Made by a program: the position numbers and the translations under genes. Shown here piece by piece: positions 29,167 through 38,712 of a stretch of DNA of 59,849 bases (the stretch's first letter is position 1; the number at the start of each line of letters is the position of its first letter). The notes beneath the pieces are model-generated. The model had not been told where the DNA came from. It saw nothing but the letters and a program-made list of their open reading frames with translations, and did no database searches. The stretch comes from a virus (Duplodnaviria > Caudoviricetes): positions 1 to 59,849 of the IMG/VR virus record IMGVR_UViG_3300031996_000006; one strand, 5' to 3'.

Positions 29167-31639
29167 CTGCGAAGAGTGCCCGCTCTACAAAAGGGGTCGT
29201 TATGTCCCTACACGATTCCCTCGAACTGATTCTCCTACTAGTGATGTGTTTGGTCCTACTAGTGATCCTGGTCAAGTTACAAACAGGATTGCGATTGTTG
29301 GAGAAGCACCTGCACGTCAGGAAATTGCAAAGGGCGAGCCTTTTGTTGGCGCGTCGGGGCAACTTCTCGGGACCATCCTCGACCAGTACGGAGTCTCCCG
29401 AGACGAAGTAGTATTGGCGAACGCATGCGCCTGTCACTATCCAGAATCCTTCAAAAAGCTTCCTCCAGAGGCCATCGAATGCTGCCGTCCACGCCTGATT
29501 TCGGAGTTGACCGAAGCGGAGGTTACGACTGTTGTTCCGATGGGCAATTCAGCTGTTCAGTCTGTATTCCCCAAGAACGTTGCACGTGCTGGTATTACTT
29601 CTTTAAGGGCTGGTCGCCCGAAGCAATCCGAGCTTTTAAAAAATATGCAGGTAGTGCCTGCGTTCCATCCTGCGGCTTGCCTCCGAAGCCAGGAGAAGAC
29701 TCCGTATCTGATCGCTGACCTTGGTAAGGCGGTCTCGGCGGATTACCTCCCGCAGGGTTGGTATGAACCGTCGTGGCAAGTGGTATCTCTTCAGTCCCAC
29801 CGATACGAACAGGCTTACCAGCTACTTAACGAGATCACTAACCTCAATGTCGGTGAGTCTGTCTACGTAGATATTGAGGTCGGAGCGGAGAAGGACGTTT
29901 CGTATGGTAACGTTCACATGCAAAAGATGCTCTGCATCGGTGTCGGCCCCTCTGATGTACGAAACGCGGATCACGTCTACGTTTTCACCGCAGATATCTT
30001 TGAAAACCGCATGGTCCGACACGCCTTCATGCGCATGCTGGATGAGTGCCGGATTAAATGCCAGAATGGAAAATACGATATCGGTGTCCTCCGATCATGG
30101 CTGGGGTATGAAGATTTTAGAGGACCAGAGCTAGCCGGAGACACCATGCTCCAGTCTTATACCATTAATGAATATGGAGGTGTGCATGGCCTTGAGTACA
30201 TGGGTATGGAATGGCTTGGTACACCAGACTGGAAGCATGAGATCGCGCCGTACGTTAAGGGTCCGGACGGTAAGGGGCCGGTTGACTACGCCAACATTCC
30301 CGCTGACATCCTCCACAAATACAATGCGTTTGACGTTCACGTCACGCGGCTACTCGATGGCTTCTTCGCGGAGCAGATTGATAAGTTCGGAATCGGTGCG
30401 CCTTACCGATTCATGCTGCGAGCCTCAAACATGCTTACTTTTGTCGAGCCGCGGGGCATGGGATTCGACGTCGCCTATTCTGCTAGTCTTTCCGAAAAGT
30501 ACCAAGCAGAAGCCGACGAGATTGCCAAGAGACTTCCCCTGGTGGCAGATCCGGAATCTAAGCAGAAGAAGCTAAGGGAACCACATCCGCTGAACCCTAA
30601 CTCTCCAAATCAGGTGAAGCAGTGGTACGCAGACCACGGCGTCAACATGGAGACAACCTCTGCTGAGGTTCTGGAATCCCTGCTCCCAAAGCATGAGGTG
30701 CCCAGTGAAGTCAAGCGAGTCACTGAGGATATTCTCTCTATTAGGGCCATCACTAAAATGGATGGAACCTTCGTCGCAGGGATGCGAGCAAGGGTTACCG
30801 AGCGTGGCACCGTGCACCCGTCGTTCCTCATCCACGGGACGACGTCCGGACGGCTCAGTGCGCGTAACCCGAACAGTCAGAACATTCCGCGAGCAAAGGA
30901 AATCAAGAAGCAATTCATTTCTAGTGATCCTGGACGTGTCCTCGTCGGTGTTGACATGTCTCAGGCAGAACTTCGGGTACTTACCTGGTTAGCTAAGGAG
31001 GAATTCACTAGGGAGATTTTCAATGATCCAAGTCGGGATCTTTTTGTTGAGCTGTGTCGCAGTATGTTTCCTGCTAAGTTTAGTGATTCAAGCGATGCTG
31101 AAGTTAAGTCGGACCCAATTCGACCGCTCGTTAAGGGTTTTGCCTACGGTATGGCTTACGGCCGGACTGCTGCTGGCATTGCTGCTGATCCTGAGTTCAA
31201 CATGGATGTGAAGGAAGCTCAGGGTCACATGAACACATTCCAGAAGGTCATCCCAAACATCACTGACTATCTGGAAACTATGGCGGACAACGCTTGTGCT
31301 GGAATCCCTCTTGTTTCTCCTTTTGGTCGTCATCGCCGCTTTCATCTTGTTACCGAGCTGAACCGTCACTCAGTTCGTAACGAAGCTAAAGCGTTTATGG
31401 CTCAGAGCACAGCATCGGATATCGTCATCGAGGCAGCTTGCCGCTTGACATTCGACCACAAGGTCTATATCGTAAACCTTGTGCACGATGCGATCTACGC
31501 TGAGGCAACTCCGGATGAAGCTCCAGAGATCGCACAGTTGATTTCCCGAGTGATGGTTGAGACTGGAGAGGAGTTGACCGAAAACTATGTCCGATTCGAC
31601 ACCGACGCAAAGGTTGGTCATAACTGGGCAGAGGTGTAA
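29063..31639 (+). CDS. Family A DNA polymerase with N-terminal family-4 uracil-DNA-glycosylase-like domain
   Basis: UDG: CEEC, GEAP..E..G.PFVG.SG, HPAA; exo DIE, NGKYD, YNAFD; pol TSGRLS..PN.QNIPR, DMSQAELR, K..AYG..YG, VHD. Likely TTG start at 29063 with GGAG RBS; ORF open from 29009. Confidence 0.95.
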   Translation: MSTTKTKPIRLTLKKKTTTESNSDEFQGRKHPLANCEECPLYKRGRYVPTRFPRTDSPTSDVFGPTSDPGQVTNRIAIVGEAPARQEIAKGEPFVGASGQLLGTILDQYGVSRDEVVLANACACHYPESFKKLPPEAIECCRPRLISELTEAEVTTVVPMGNSAVQSVFPKNVARAGITSLRAGRPKQSELLKNMQVVPAFHPAACLRSQEKTPYLIADLGKAVSADYLPQGWYEPSWQVVSLQSHRYEQAYQLLNEITNLNVGESVYVDIEVGAEKDVSYGNVHMQKMLCIGVGPSDVRNADHVYVFTADIFENRMVRHAFMRMLDECRIKCQNGKYDIGVLRSWLGYEDFRGPELAGDTMLQSYTINEYGGVHGLEYMGMEWLGTPDWKHEIAPYVKGPDGKGPVDYANIPADILHKYNAFDVHVTRLLDGFFAEQIDKFGIGAPYRFMLRASNMLTFVEPRGMGFDVAYSASLSEKYQAEADEIAKRLPLVADPESKQKKLREPHPLNPNSPNQVKQWYADHGVNMETTSAEVLESLLPKHEVPSEVKRVTEDILSIRAITKMDGTFVAGMRARVTERGTVHPSFLIHGTTSGRLSARNPNSQNIPRAKEIKKQFISSDPGRVLVGVDMSQAELRVLTWLAKEEFTREIFNDPSRDLFVELCRSMFPAKFSDSSDAEVKSDPIRPLVKGFAYGMAYGRTAAGIAADPEFNMDVKEAQGHMNTFQKVIPNITDYLETMADNACAGIPLVSPFGRHRRFHLVTELNRHSVRNEAKAFMAQSTASDIVIEAACRLTFDHKVYIVNLVHDAIYAEATPDEAPEIAQLISRVMVETGEELTENYVRFDTDAKVGHNWAEV

Positions 31640-32180
31640 GCCTCGCCTAATTGAGCCTTTCTCTGTGTTCGCGTTCGATCCGGGTGGTACTACCGGGTGG
31701 TGCCACATCGCTATGAAGCAGCAAGGAATGACTTCAGATGTTGTGAAGCTTTCCGATTTCAATATCTCAGTTGGACAGTTTGGACCACAGGAACATCATA
31801 ACGAGCTGTGGGAATGCTTGCTAGGATGGATTGCTTTTTGTGACATGGAGAAGTTGATGCCTCACCTTGTCTCGGAAGCTTTCACATTCCGGCAGCACGC
31901 TACCGATGGTTCATTTGGTAAGGCTAAGGTCGAACTGATCTCCTGTGAGTACATTGGAATCATGAAGCAGGTCTCACAGAAATACCACGTTCCGATGAAG
32001 ACTTACATGTCTTCTGAAGGAAAGGGATTCGCTACAGATCTGAAGTTGGAAAAGCTTGGTTGGTTCCAGACTCCTAAGACTCCCAAGCGTCATATGAACG
32101 ATGCAGTACGACAGGCAGTCTGCTACCTCGTCAAAGAACTTCATATCTACTCTCCCCTCACAGATACTTGGAAGGACTGA
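31587..32180 (+). CDS. RuvC-like Holliday junction resolvase
   Basis: AFDPGGTTGW, E.F, H.NDA motifs. Confidence 0.75.
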   Translation: MSDSTPTQRLVITGQRCKPRLIEPFSVFAFDPGGTTGWCHIAMKQQGMTSDVVKLSDFNISVGQFGPQEHHNELWECLLGWIAFCDMEKLMPHLVSEAFTFRQHATDGSFGKAKVELISCEYIGIMKQVSQKYHVPMKTYMSSEGKGFATDLKLEKLGWFQTPKTPKRHMNDAVRQAVCYLVKELHIYSPLTDTWKD

Positions 32181-32184
32181 TCCA

Positions 32185-32571
32185 ATGGAAATCTCCCAGG
32201 AAGCTAGGGCACAAGCTCAGAATGTGGTTTCCACCCAGTTTGGGTTGCTAAAGGTTGCCGTAGCCTATATTGAGAAGTTCATTAACGATCAGTTCGCAGA
32301 GCAGTACAGTGAGTTTCCCACGCAGTTGGATGAAATGCGGAAGCTAATCTCACTGATTAGCACGTGCTGTGAGTCGCATATCCTCGAAGGTATGGTAGTC
32401 ATTTGTACTCACGTTCTGAAGCAGGTCACAGAATGTGAGGAGAAGGGTTGTCCTCAGACAGAGTTGCACGAACTGCTTTATGACTTTGTCGCCTTGGTTT
32501 CCTCATCACCAGATCACGTCAGGGACTCACTGTTCAAGCTTGGGATTGTGGCTGATCACTCCATGAATTGA
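32185..32571 (+). CDS. Hypothetical protein
   Basis: Helical ORF in operon; AAGGA RBS. Confidence 0.65.
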   Translation: MEISQEARAQAQNVVSTQFGLLKVAVAYIEKFINDQFAEQYSEFPTQLDEMRKLISLISTCCESHILEGMVVICTHVLKQVTECEEKGCPQTELHELLYDFVALVSSSPDHVRDSLFKLGIVADHSMN

Positions 32572-32661
32572 CCTGACCGCGACGCAGGGTAGAATAGGCT
32601 CGGCTCTTACCGCTTTGGTAGAGTCGGGCCTATTCTGCTTTCTACCGGGTTTGGAGTCAAA

Positions 32662-32886
32662 ATGGGTATCGGACGTAATCTGCCCGATAATGACCCGAAC
32701 CACGCTCTTGTAGCGCGAGGCGATTTTAATTCGTCGGATGACGACGACCAGGATAACCTGGATTTCGCAGCTTCGGAACGTGGTTTCAATCGGAATGACG
32801 AGGCTACTTTCCTGCCAGGTTCGCAAGAGAATCATGGGCAGGATGGGGACCAGTACGTTCCAACCGCCGGTGTGGCGGGTGAGTAG
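32662..32886 (+). CDS. Small acidic hypothetical protein
   Basis: GGAG RBS; GTAGAATAG -10-like element upstream. Confidence 0.6.
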   Translation: MGIGRNLPDNDPNHALVARGDFNSSDDDDQDNLDFAASERGFNRNDEATFLPGSQENHGQDGDQYVPTAGVAGE

Positions 32887-32889
32887 TCA

Positions 32890-33945
32890 GTGGTGCTTTT
32901 TGGTGTAGACCTGCACCCTTCCTATCAGTCTGGTATTTCCATTGACCAGATCCACAAGGAAGGCTTTAGTTTTGTTATTTGCAAGCTCTCTCAGGGGAAG
33001 TCGTCGGCTTCCTACGCAGGGTCTATCCCGTGGCTAAAGCGGGCTAAGCAGCTCGGAATGGCCGGACTCGGGTACCACTACCTGACGACGGATGACCCGG
33101 TCGCACAGGCTCAGTGTTTTGCTAAGGCTTTGATGGTTGCGGGTGTCCCGGGGTGCCTTGACGTTGAGCAGGGCAGTGGGGATATCAAGAACGTCAAGGC
33201 ATTCCTAGATGAGGCACAGCGTCTCGGTGCGAAGATTCCACTCCTGTACCTTCCTCGCTGGTACTGGCAGCAGATTGGTAGCCCTTCTCTTAAGGACCTT
33301 CCTGCTTTGTGGTCCTCACGGTATCCGGATAACAACTCGGGTTATGCCTCGAATAACTATCAGCGGGTACCGGCTAACTTTTGGGATGGCTACGGAGGAA
33401 ACTCTGTAGCCGTTCTACAGTTCACATCGTCTGCCAAGGTCGCAGGACACACTACAGACGCAAATGCGTTCAAGGGCACGCTTTCAGACTTTAATGCGTT
33501 GGTTAATGGGACTAACACTCCTGCTCCTAGTGTTAATCCTGCTCCTGCCGTCACTATTGATACTTCTGAGAACGGATTTCTTATGGCACTGAGTGAAGAC
33601 GAGCAGAAGGAAGCTCTTTCGATCCTTCGGAACCTGAATTTCCAGCTCTACTCTGGAAATACGAAGGCTAACCCAGACGGTAAGCCGGGTTGGCCATCGT
33701 TCGAGGGTGGCTCGAATGAGGTTCTGACTGTCGTTGACTACCTGCGTCGTAGCAATGAACGCATGGAAGCACTGACGACGATCATCAATGACGCTGTCGG
33801 TTCAGCTACCACCACGCCCACCAGCACTACCGATACAACGAACAGTGCCCCGACTCCGTTGGGAGACGAGGCACAGCTCGCAGCTATCGTTAAGAATGCT
33901 GTCTTGGAAGTGCTTACTTCTATTAAGCTTACTCCCAGCGAGTAG
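32890..33945 (+). CDS. Endolysin, GH25 muramidase
   Basis: FGVD...YQ, F.I.K.SQG, GYHY, LDVE, LW.SRY, LQFTS motifs. Confidence 0.9.
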   Translation: MVLFGVDLHPSYQSGISIDQIHKEGFSFVICKLSQGKSSASYAGSIPWLKRAKQLGMAGLGYHYLTTDDPVAQAQCFAKALMVAGVPGCLDVEQGSGDIKNVKAFLDEAQRLGAKIPLLYLPRWYWQQIGSPSLKDLPALWSSRYPDNNSGYASNNYQRVPANFWDGYGGNSVAVLQFTSSAKVAGHTTDANAFKGTLSDFNALVNGTNTPAPSVNPAPAVTIDTSENGFLMALSEDEQKEALSILRNLNFQLYSGNTKANPDGKPGWPSFEGGSNEVLTVVDYLRRSNERMEALTTIINDAVGSATTTPTSTTDTTNSAPTPLGDEAQLAAIVKNAVLEVLTSIKLTPSE

Positions 33946-36664
33946 TAGAGTAACCACCGAATTCAGAGGTCCGACTCACCTTAACCAAGGATGGGTCGGA
34001 CCTCTTCCATTTTCCGGTAGTGTGGAAGTCCTGAGACTGAGTCACAGTTGAATCGGACTTCTCCCATTCACCGACAGTGTGGTAGTCACGAGACCTACCG
34101 TCATACACTACAGAGAATGGTAATGGAACTTCGTTAAACGAAAGTTCAGCAAAGAGTTCTAGTGCCTGAATCAGGTACAGAGACGAAAGCATCACCACGT
34201 ATGGGATGCTCAGGAAAGCCTCTGCTGTCAGATCAGCAGCACCGAAGAGAGTACGCAGATATCCAGTAGCGTACTGAGGTATGGCAGTCAACTCTAGTGA
34301 GACAACACGCTGATAGACAGCTGCGACACTGATCAACGCATGTGCACTGAAGAGACCGAATGTCAGGTTACGAATAAAGCTATTCGTGAACTGAGCAACG
34401 GCTGTCAGAGAGGTATCACCGAAGCTAAGACGCGCTCCCACGATTGTGAGCTGCGGGACAATGTCACAATTCACGGTGCCGAATCGAGTAATTACCCCAT
34501 TAGAGGAGAACTCGGGCACAACGGTCAAATCGGTCAGAGCAAATAGGGTCCTCAGTGGCTCTGTAACAAGATCCATCACCACGTCTAGGGTGACGACCCC
34601 GGCGAGGGTCCTCAGAGGCTCAGCGACCGAGATAACGGCGTTAGCGAGGAAAAGGGCAGTACCTGTGTGCTCCAGTCCCCCACTCAGCGTAATAAAGGTT
34701 ACGGCATTCAGCGGTAGCGTTCCGAAAACGTTAGCGTCGATGTCGACAAAGAACTGCGGAACGACACTGAGCGTAAGCGTAAGGTGATAATCACCCGTGA
34801 TCGTCAGTGCAATGGTGGGGAGAGCCGTGAGGACGCTACCACCCACACCGATAGTCACGGTACCTGCACTGAACGTGACTACAGAAATCCCATTGAAGAC
34901 TGGAAACTTGGTTACAACTGCGTTCACAGTTAAAGTCGCAACCGCAGTCGTGTTCAGAATACCAAGCTGAATCTGGAAGCCGGTCACGCTCAACGTCGGG
35001 ACTGCGGTCAACGAAACAGTACCGATATCAATCGGGATACCGACAACCGACAGTGTCGGAACTGCTGTCAGCGAAGTAACCGCGTAATCAATAGCAATAC
35101 CGACGACACTCAACGTCGGGACAGCGACCGCGGTGAAGGTTCCGACAAGGATCTGATAACCGGTAGTGCTAAAGGTTGCAGTAGCAATACCAGTGAAGGT
35201 ACCGAAGCCGGTTTGGATTACTCCAATTGAGAGTGTCGGCGTTGAGATGAAAGAAACAGGCGCGGCACTGACCGTTGCTGCTGTCAAACTAAAAGTCGGT
35301 ACAGCCGTTAGAGACGTAGTGCCGAACTGAATCCGAGTTCCGTTAACAGTAAGGGTCGGCACCGCCGTTGCAGTGAACGCCCCGAACTGTGTAATCAGCC
35401 CACTCGTTGAGAGGGTAGGAACCACACTTAGAGTGACTGACGAGAATCCTGTATAGGAATACGTCGCACTGAATGTCGGGACCGCAGTCAGTCCCACACT
35501 GCCAAACTTCGTAACTACACCAGAGACCGTCAGTGATGCCACTCCGGTCAAACTGACCGTGGCAAACTGTGTCATGATTGGCGTAGCGAAAAGCGTTGGT
35601 ACCGCAGTCAATCCGACTGTACCGGTTGCCGCTGTCAACCCATTTACGGATAGGGTTGGGACAGCAGTTCCCGAAAAGGTGGGGAACTTGGTTACTACAC
35701 CCGATACCGCGAGGGTCGGGACCGCCGTCAGGGCTTCGTTAGCAAAGCTAATAGAAACTGGGCTGGCGGTGAGCGTCGCTGTAGCTGTGAGGGTGGCCGT
35801 GCCGGGCTGCTGACGCGTGCCGCCGATTGTGAGCGTGCCCGAGGCCGTTAGCGTCGTGGGTGCAGCCTGAGTTTCGACCGGCCCAATCGAAAGTGTAGCC
35901 GTAGCCGAGACGTTGAATGCGCCAAAGGTCTCATCAATGGCGTCGCTATCAAACGTCGGAACAGCAGTAAGAGAAACTGTTCCCTGATACGTAGTGGAGG
36001 TAGGACCATCACTAATTGCTGCGGTATAAGCAAGAGCCTTACCGGCAGTGGGTTGGTTAGCTGTCGGTGGCGCAACCGCAGTCGTACCGAGGGAAAGGTT
36101 ATAGCATGAACAAGAGCCGTACGGGTCTACAGTACGGAATGTCCAACCACCCGAGCCTGTCGGGTTGGTACCTGAGTTCTGTGGGGCAGCGTGCGCAAGA
36201 CCAAGACATCCAGTAACCGTCGGAGTAATCGACGGATAAGGCATTGACGTGCTAGATGCGTCAACCTGCCGTGCGAATGTATTGACGGCCCATGCCGCGC
36301 TTGTACCAAGGGTAGAACGATACGAAGAAATGTTATAACAAGGAAGCGAAGCTGGTGCTACGTTGAATGTGACGGTGATAGTCGTACCGGTATTTGCGGT
36401 ACCGACTCGACCCCACCACATTTGCAGGGTGTCACCGACTGTGGAATCACGAAGCGGTGTACCGGTAGTGATTTCTTTCCAACCACTAGCGTCAACGCCA
36501 CCACCAGTGATTCCTGTTACCTGAACAGTTTGCTTGGAAATCATGATGTAAGCGACCATGAGATCGCCTACAGCGACAGCAGAGCTAAAAGAGAATGTCC
36601 AGGTAGTCGTGTTGACTGTAGAAGAAGCCTGAGCAGACTTTTGCTGAATGCTAGAAATCGTCAC
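33929..36664 (-). CDS. Long fibre-like protein: N-terminal beta domain plus about 30 tandem 20-aa repeats (G.VSLTAVPTLSV.G)
   Basis: 20-aa periodicity from about aa 228 to 850. Confidence 0.85.
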   Translation of the reverse strand: MTISSIQQKSAQASSTVNTTTWTFSFSSAVAVGDLMVAYIMISKQTVQVTGITGGGVDASGWKEITTGTPLRDSTVGDTLQMWWGRVGTANTGTTITVTFNVAPASLPCYNISSYRSTLGTSAAWAVNTFARQVDASSTSMPYPSITPTVTGCLGLAHAAPQNSGTNPTGSGGWTFRTVDPYGSCSCYNLSLGTTAVAPPTANQPTAGKALAYTAAISDGPTSTTYQGTVSLTAVPTFDSDAIDETFGAFNVSATATLSIGPVETQAAPTTLTASGTLTIGGTRQQPGTATLTATATLTASPVSISFANEALTAVPTLAVSGVVTKFPTFSGTAVPTLSVNGLTAATGTVGLTAVPTLFATPIMTQFATVSLTGVASLTVSGVVTKFGSVGLTAVPTFSATYSYTGFSSVTLSVVPTLSTSGLITQFGAFTATAVPTLTVNGTRIQFGTTSLTAVPTFSLTAATVSAAPVSFISTPTLSIGVIQTGFGTFTGIATATFSTTGYQILVGTFTAVAVPTLSVVGIAIDYAVTSLTAVPTLSVVGIPIDIGTVSLTAVPTLSVTGFQIQLGILNTTAVATLTVNAVVTKFPVFNGISVVTFSAGTVTIGVGGSVLTALPTIALTITGDYHLTLTLSVVPQFFVDIDANVFGTLPLNAVTFITLSGGLEHTGTALFLANAVISVAEPLRTLAGVVTLDVVMDLVTEPLRTLFALTDLTVVPEFSSNGVITRFGTVNCDIVPQLTIVGARLSFGDTSLTAVAQFTNSFIRNLTFGLFSAHALISVAAVYQRVVSLELTAIPQYATGYLRTLFGAADLTAEAFLSIPYVVMLSSLYLIQALELFAELSFNEVPLPFSVVYDGRSRDYHTVGEWEKSDSTVTQSQDFHTTGKWKRSDPSLVKVSRTSEFGGYSTTRWE
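33965..34005. terminator. Hairpin at the convergence of the endolysin and fibre cassette
   Basis: AGAGGTCCGAC / GTCGGACCTCT stem. Confidence 0.7.
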
Positions 36665-36729
36665 TCGACTGCTCCCACAATTCGGTATTCAGTTAGAAGG
36701 GTGGCCCACTAAAGTAGGCCACCCTTTCA

Positions 36730-37131
36730 TTAACCAGCCTGGAAACCGACAGTGATAGAACTCGCAGCAAATGAAAGTGTATCCCCAGCCGCAACAACCT
36801 TGCTCGAACCAAGAGCACCATAAAGCTTACGGACCGGAGTACCCGCAGAGTCGTAAAAGTCAACCGAAGTCACCGTAGCGGCTGGCATATTCGTGTAGGA
36901 AACGACAGACGAGTTCGTGATCTGTCGAGACGCAGCCGCGTTCCACGTAGTGACAGCCTGACCGCCAGCGGTGTAACCACCGGAAGCTGTGACCTCAGTA
37001 CCAGCAGCCGAGTCCGAACCAACAGCAGTGTTGAGCCGCATCTTCAGCGGACCCGTGGTAGCCGGGTACGTAGTCTTACCAACAATGGCTTCGAGAAGCC
37101 GGTTCGCCTCAGCATTGTCAAGAACAGACAT
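36730..37131 (-). CDS. Small tail fibre-type subunit (module 3)
   Basis: TEV..GGY...AV.W..A...ITN...V.AGDTLSF motif; related to 17336-17752. Confidence 0.8.
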   Translation of the reverse strand: MSVLDNAEANRLLEAIVGKTTYPATTGPLKMRLNTAVGSDSAAGTEVTASGGYTAGGQAVTTWNAAASRQITNSSVVSYTNMPAATVTSVDFYDSAGTPVRKLYGALGSSKVVAAGDTLSFAASSITVGFQAG

Positions 37132-37430
37132 TACTTGCCCTCCACCAGCTTCTCGGCATAGCCAACAGCGTCATCAGTAGTGAAGATCTCGTGCTGTTCC
37201 ACAAGCTCAGGGTCAGTGAGGTGGTCCACGAGAGCGTCATCCTTCAGGTGGCTACCGAAACCACCAGCGGTGTCCAGAACCGCACGGCACACAGCACAGC
37301 CCGTCGCAAGGACGTGGCAATCCATGTGCCAAAAAACAGTGTTGCCATCCGGAAGCGCGACCGCATCACGAGGGGCAGTATCAGTCTTACCGCACCCAAT
37401 GCAATTCCGAAGTGGACGGTCCTCTGCCAT
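37131..37430 (-). CDS. Zn-binding protein (CxxC, HxxCH, CxxC)
   Basis: Motifs; TAATG coupling; AAAGG RBS. Confidence 0.75.
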   Translation of the reverse strand: MAEDRPLRNCIGCGKTDTAPRDAVALPDGNTVFWHMDCHVLATGCAVCRAVLDTAGGFGSHLKDDALVDHLTDPELVEQHEIFTTDDAVGYAEKLVEGK

Positions 37431-37454
37431 ATCTTTAACCTTTCGTTATTTAAA

Positions 37455-37814
37455 TCACAGGTCCATCATAAAAGGACCGTGCGCTATCCGGACCGGCGGT
37501 GCTGTCACATTAGGGCCGATCAAATAGCAGTCATAGTGGTAACGGGAGAAATTCCATTCCTGCGTCACAGCAGGGTCGGGAATCATCACGACTTGACTGT
37601 TTTCTAAGGTCAGCCAATGGGAGTCGGTTCCCGTTTGATTATCGGTGCCGCTAATATGAAACGCTCCCTCTAGACACCCCGGGTAGCGTACAATACTAAG
37701 GCGAGCAGCCCAATAACCAATAGTGAAGTCGATAGCTTGCTTGTTAGCGTCGCGAAGGGTGAAGGAGATCTTCTCTCCAGAACCTGGCGCTAATAGGATT
37801 TCAGAATAAACCAC
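37455..37814 (-). CDS. BppU N-terminal-like (Ig-like) fibre attachment protein
   Basis: F.L.D....IDFT...A.L.I and Y.YD..L.......RI..G.F pattern; GTG start after GGAGG. Confidence 0.6.
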   Translation of the reverse strand: MVYSEILLAPGSGEKISFTLRDANKQAIDFTIGYWAARLSIVRYPGCLEGAFHISGTDNQTGTDSHWLTLENSQVVMIPDPAVTQEWNFSRYHYDCYLIGPNVTAPPVRIAHGPFMMDL

Positions 37815-37881
37815 AACGAGCCTCCCGCTCCACCTCCACAATAGTAACAGGAGGCCGAGAGAGGGGCTTTAGGGATTAATA

Positions 37882-38712
37882 ATGTCAAGAGGTAGACACC
37901 GAGCGAGAAGCAAGGTGGTTTCGCCTAAAGTTCTAGCGGGTTTTATCCTGCTCAACGGAGCTGCGGCGACCCTCACCATTGATTTTCTCTACCCACATCT
38001 AGGGGATCAGCTCCCAAAGATCCCGTCTTCAGAATTGGCCTCTGGAATTGGTGCCGAGATCTCCCTTACACCAGAACCCACGGCTGTAACGTATCCACAT
38101 GAGACAAGTCCGAAGACTGACGTGCCTTCGGTCACACCGAGTGAGGTAGTCTCACCTACTAAGACTCAGATTCACCCGTCTGTACCTACAGAAGCCCCTA
38201 CCGCCGTTAGCCTTTCAAGTGGTAGGGTAAAGCCTTCCGCACAATTGAATACGGTCACCCAAAAGCCTCCGCAGGCAGCACATACATCTGCTAAACCTGC
38301 TCCAGCTTCCACGGTCACGACTCCTAAACCTGCTCCCACTCCCGTCCCGACTCCAGCTCCCCAGGGGTCGGTACGAAATAGGATCTACCAGGTAGCTCAA
38401 AGCTTTTTGGGTAAGCAAATACCGTATGTGTATGGCGGAAAATCTCTCTCAGCCCTTGACTGTTCTGGTTTTGTGTGGCTGGTCCTGAAGCAGATTAATC
38501 CTGATACTCCCTATCGTGCTTCAGTGACTCTTCAAGCGCAGGCTTCTCCAATTAATGAAGAAGATGCGGTTCCAGGCGACCTTGTCTTTTGGCCCGGTCA
38601 CGTAGCTATCTACGCTGGCAATGGCAAAGTGATTACCCAAGGTGGCCCTGGACCCGGCCCAATCCTCTCCCCCGTTTGGCCGGGTTACACCTTTGGAAGG
38701 GTTGATGTATAA
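37882..38712 (+). CDS. Membrane-anchored/secreted NlpC/P60 peptidoglycan endopeptidase
   Basis: GRHR + TM, P/T/S linker, PYVYGG...DCSGFV...PGDLVF..HVAIY. Confidence 0.92.
   Translation: MSRGRHRARSKVVSPKVLAGFILLNGAAATLTIDFLYPHLGDQLPKIPSSELASGIGAEISLTPEPTAVTYPHETSPKTDVPSVTPSEVVSPTKTQIHPSVPTEAPTAVSLSSGRVKPSAQLNTVTQKPPQAAHTSAKPAPASTVTTPKPAPTPVPTPAPQGSVRNRIYQVAQSFLGKQIPYVYGGKSLSALDCSGFVWLVLKQINPDTPYRASVTLQAQASPINEEDAVPGDLVFWPGHVAIYAGNGKVITQGGPGPGPILSPVWPGYTFGRVDV

Noticed and set aside
29233-29270. TCCTACTAGTGAT tandem duplication in the polymerase gene
   Set aside because: Short in-frame loop duplication (PTSD twice) with no sign of a further role.
34120-35985. Diversity-generating retroelement template/variable repeats
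   Set aside because: No reverse transcriptase; repeats are conserved at protein level and do not differ specifically at adenines.
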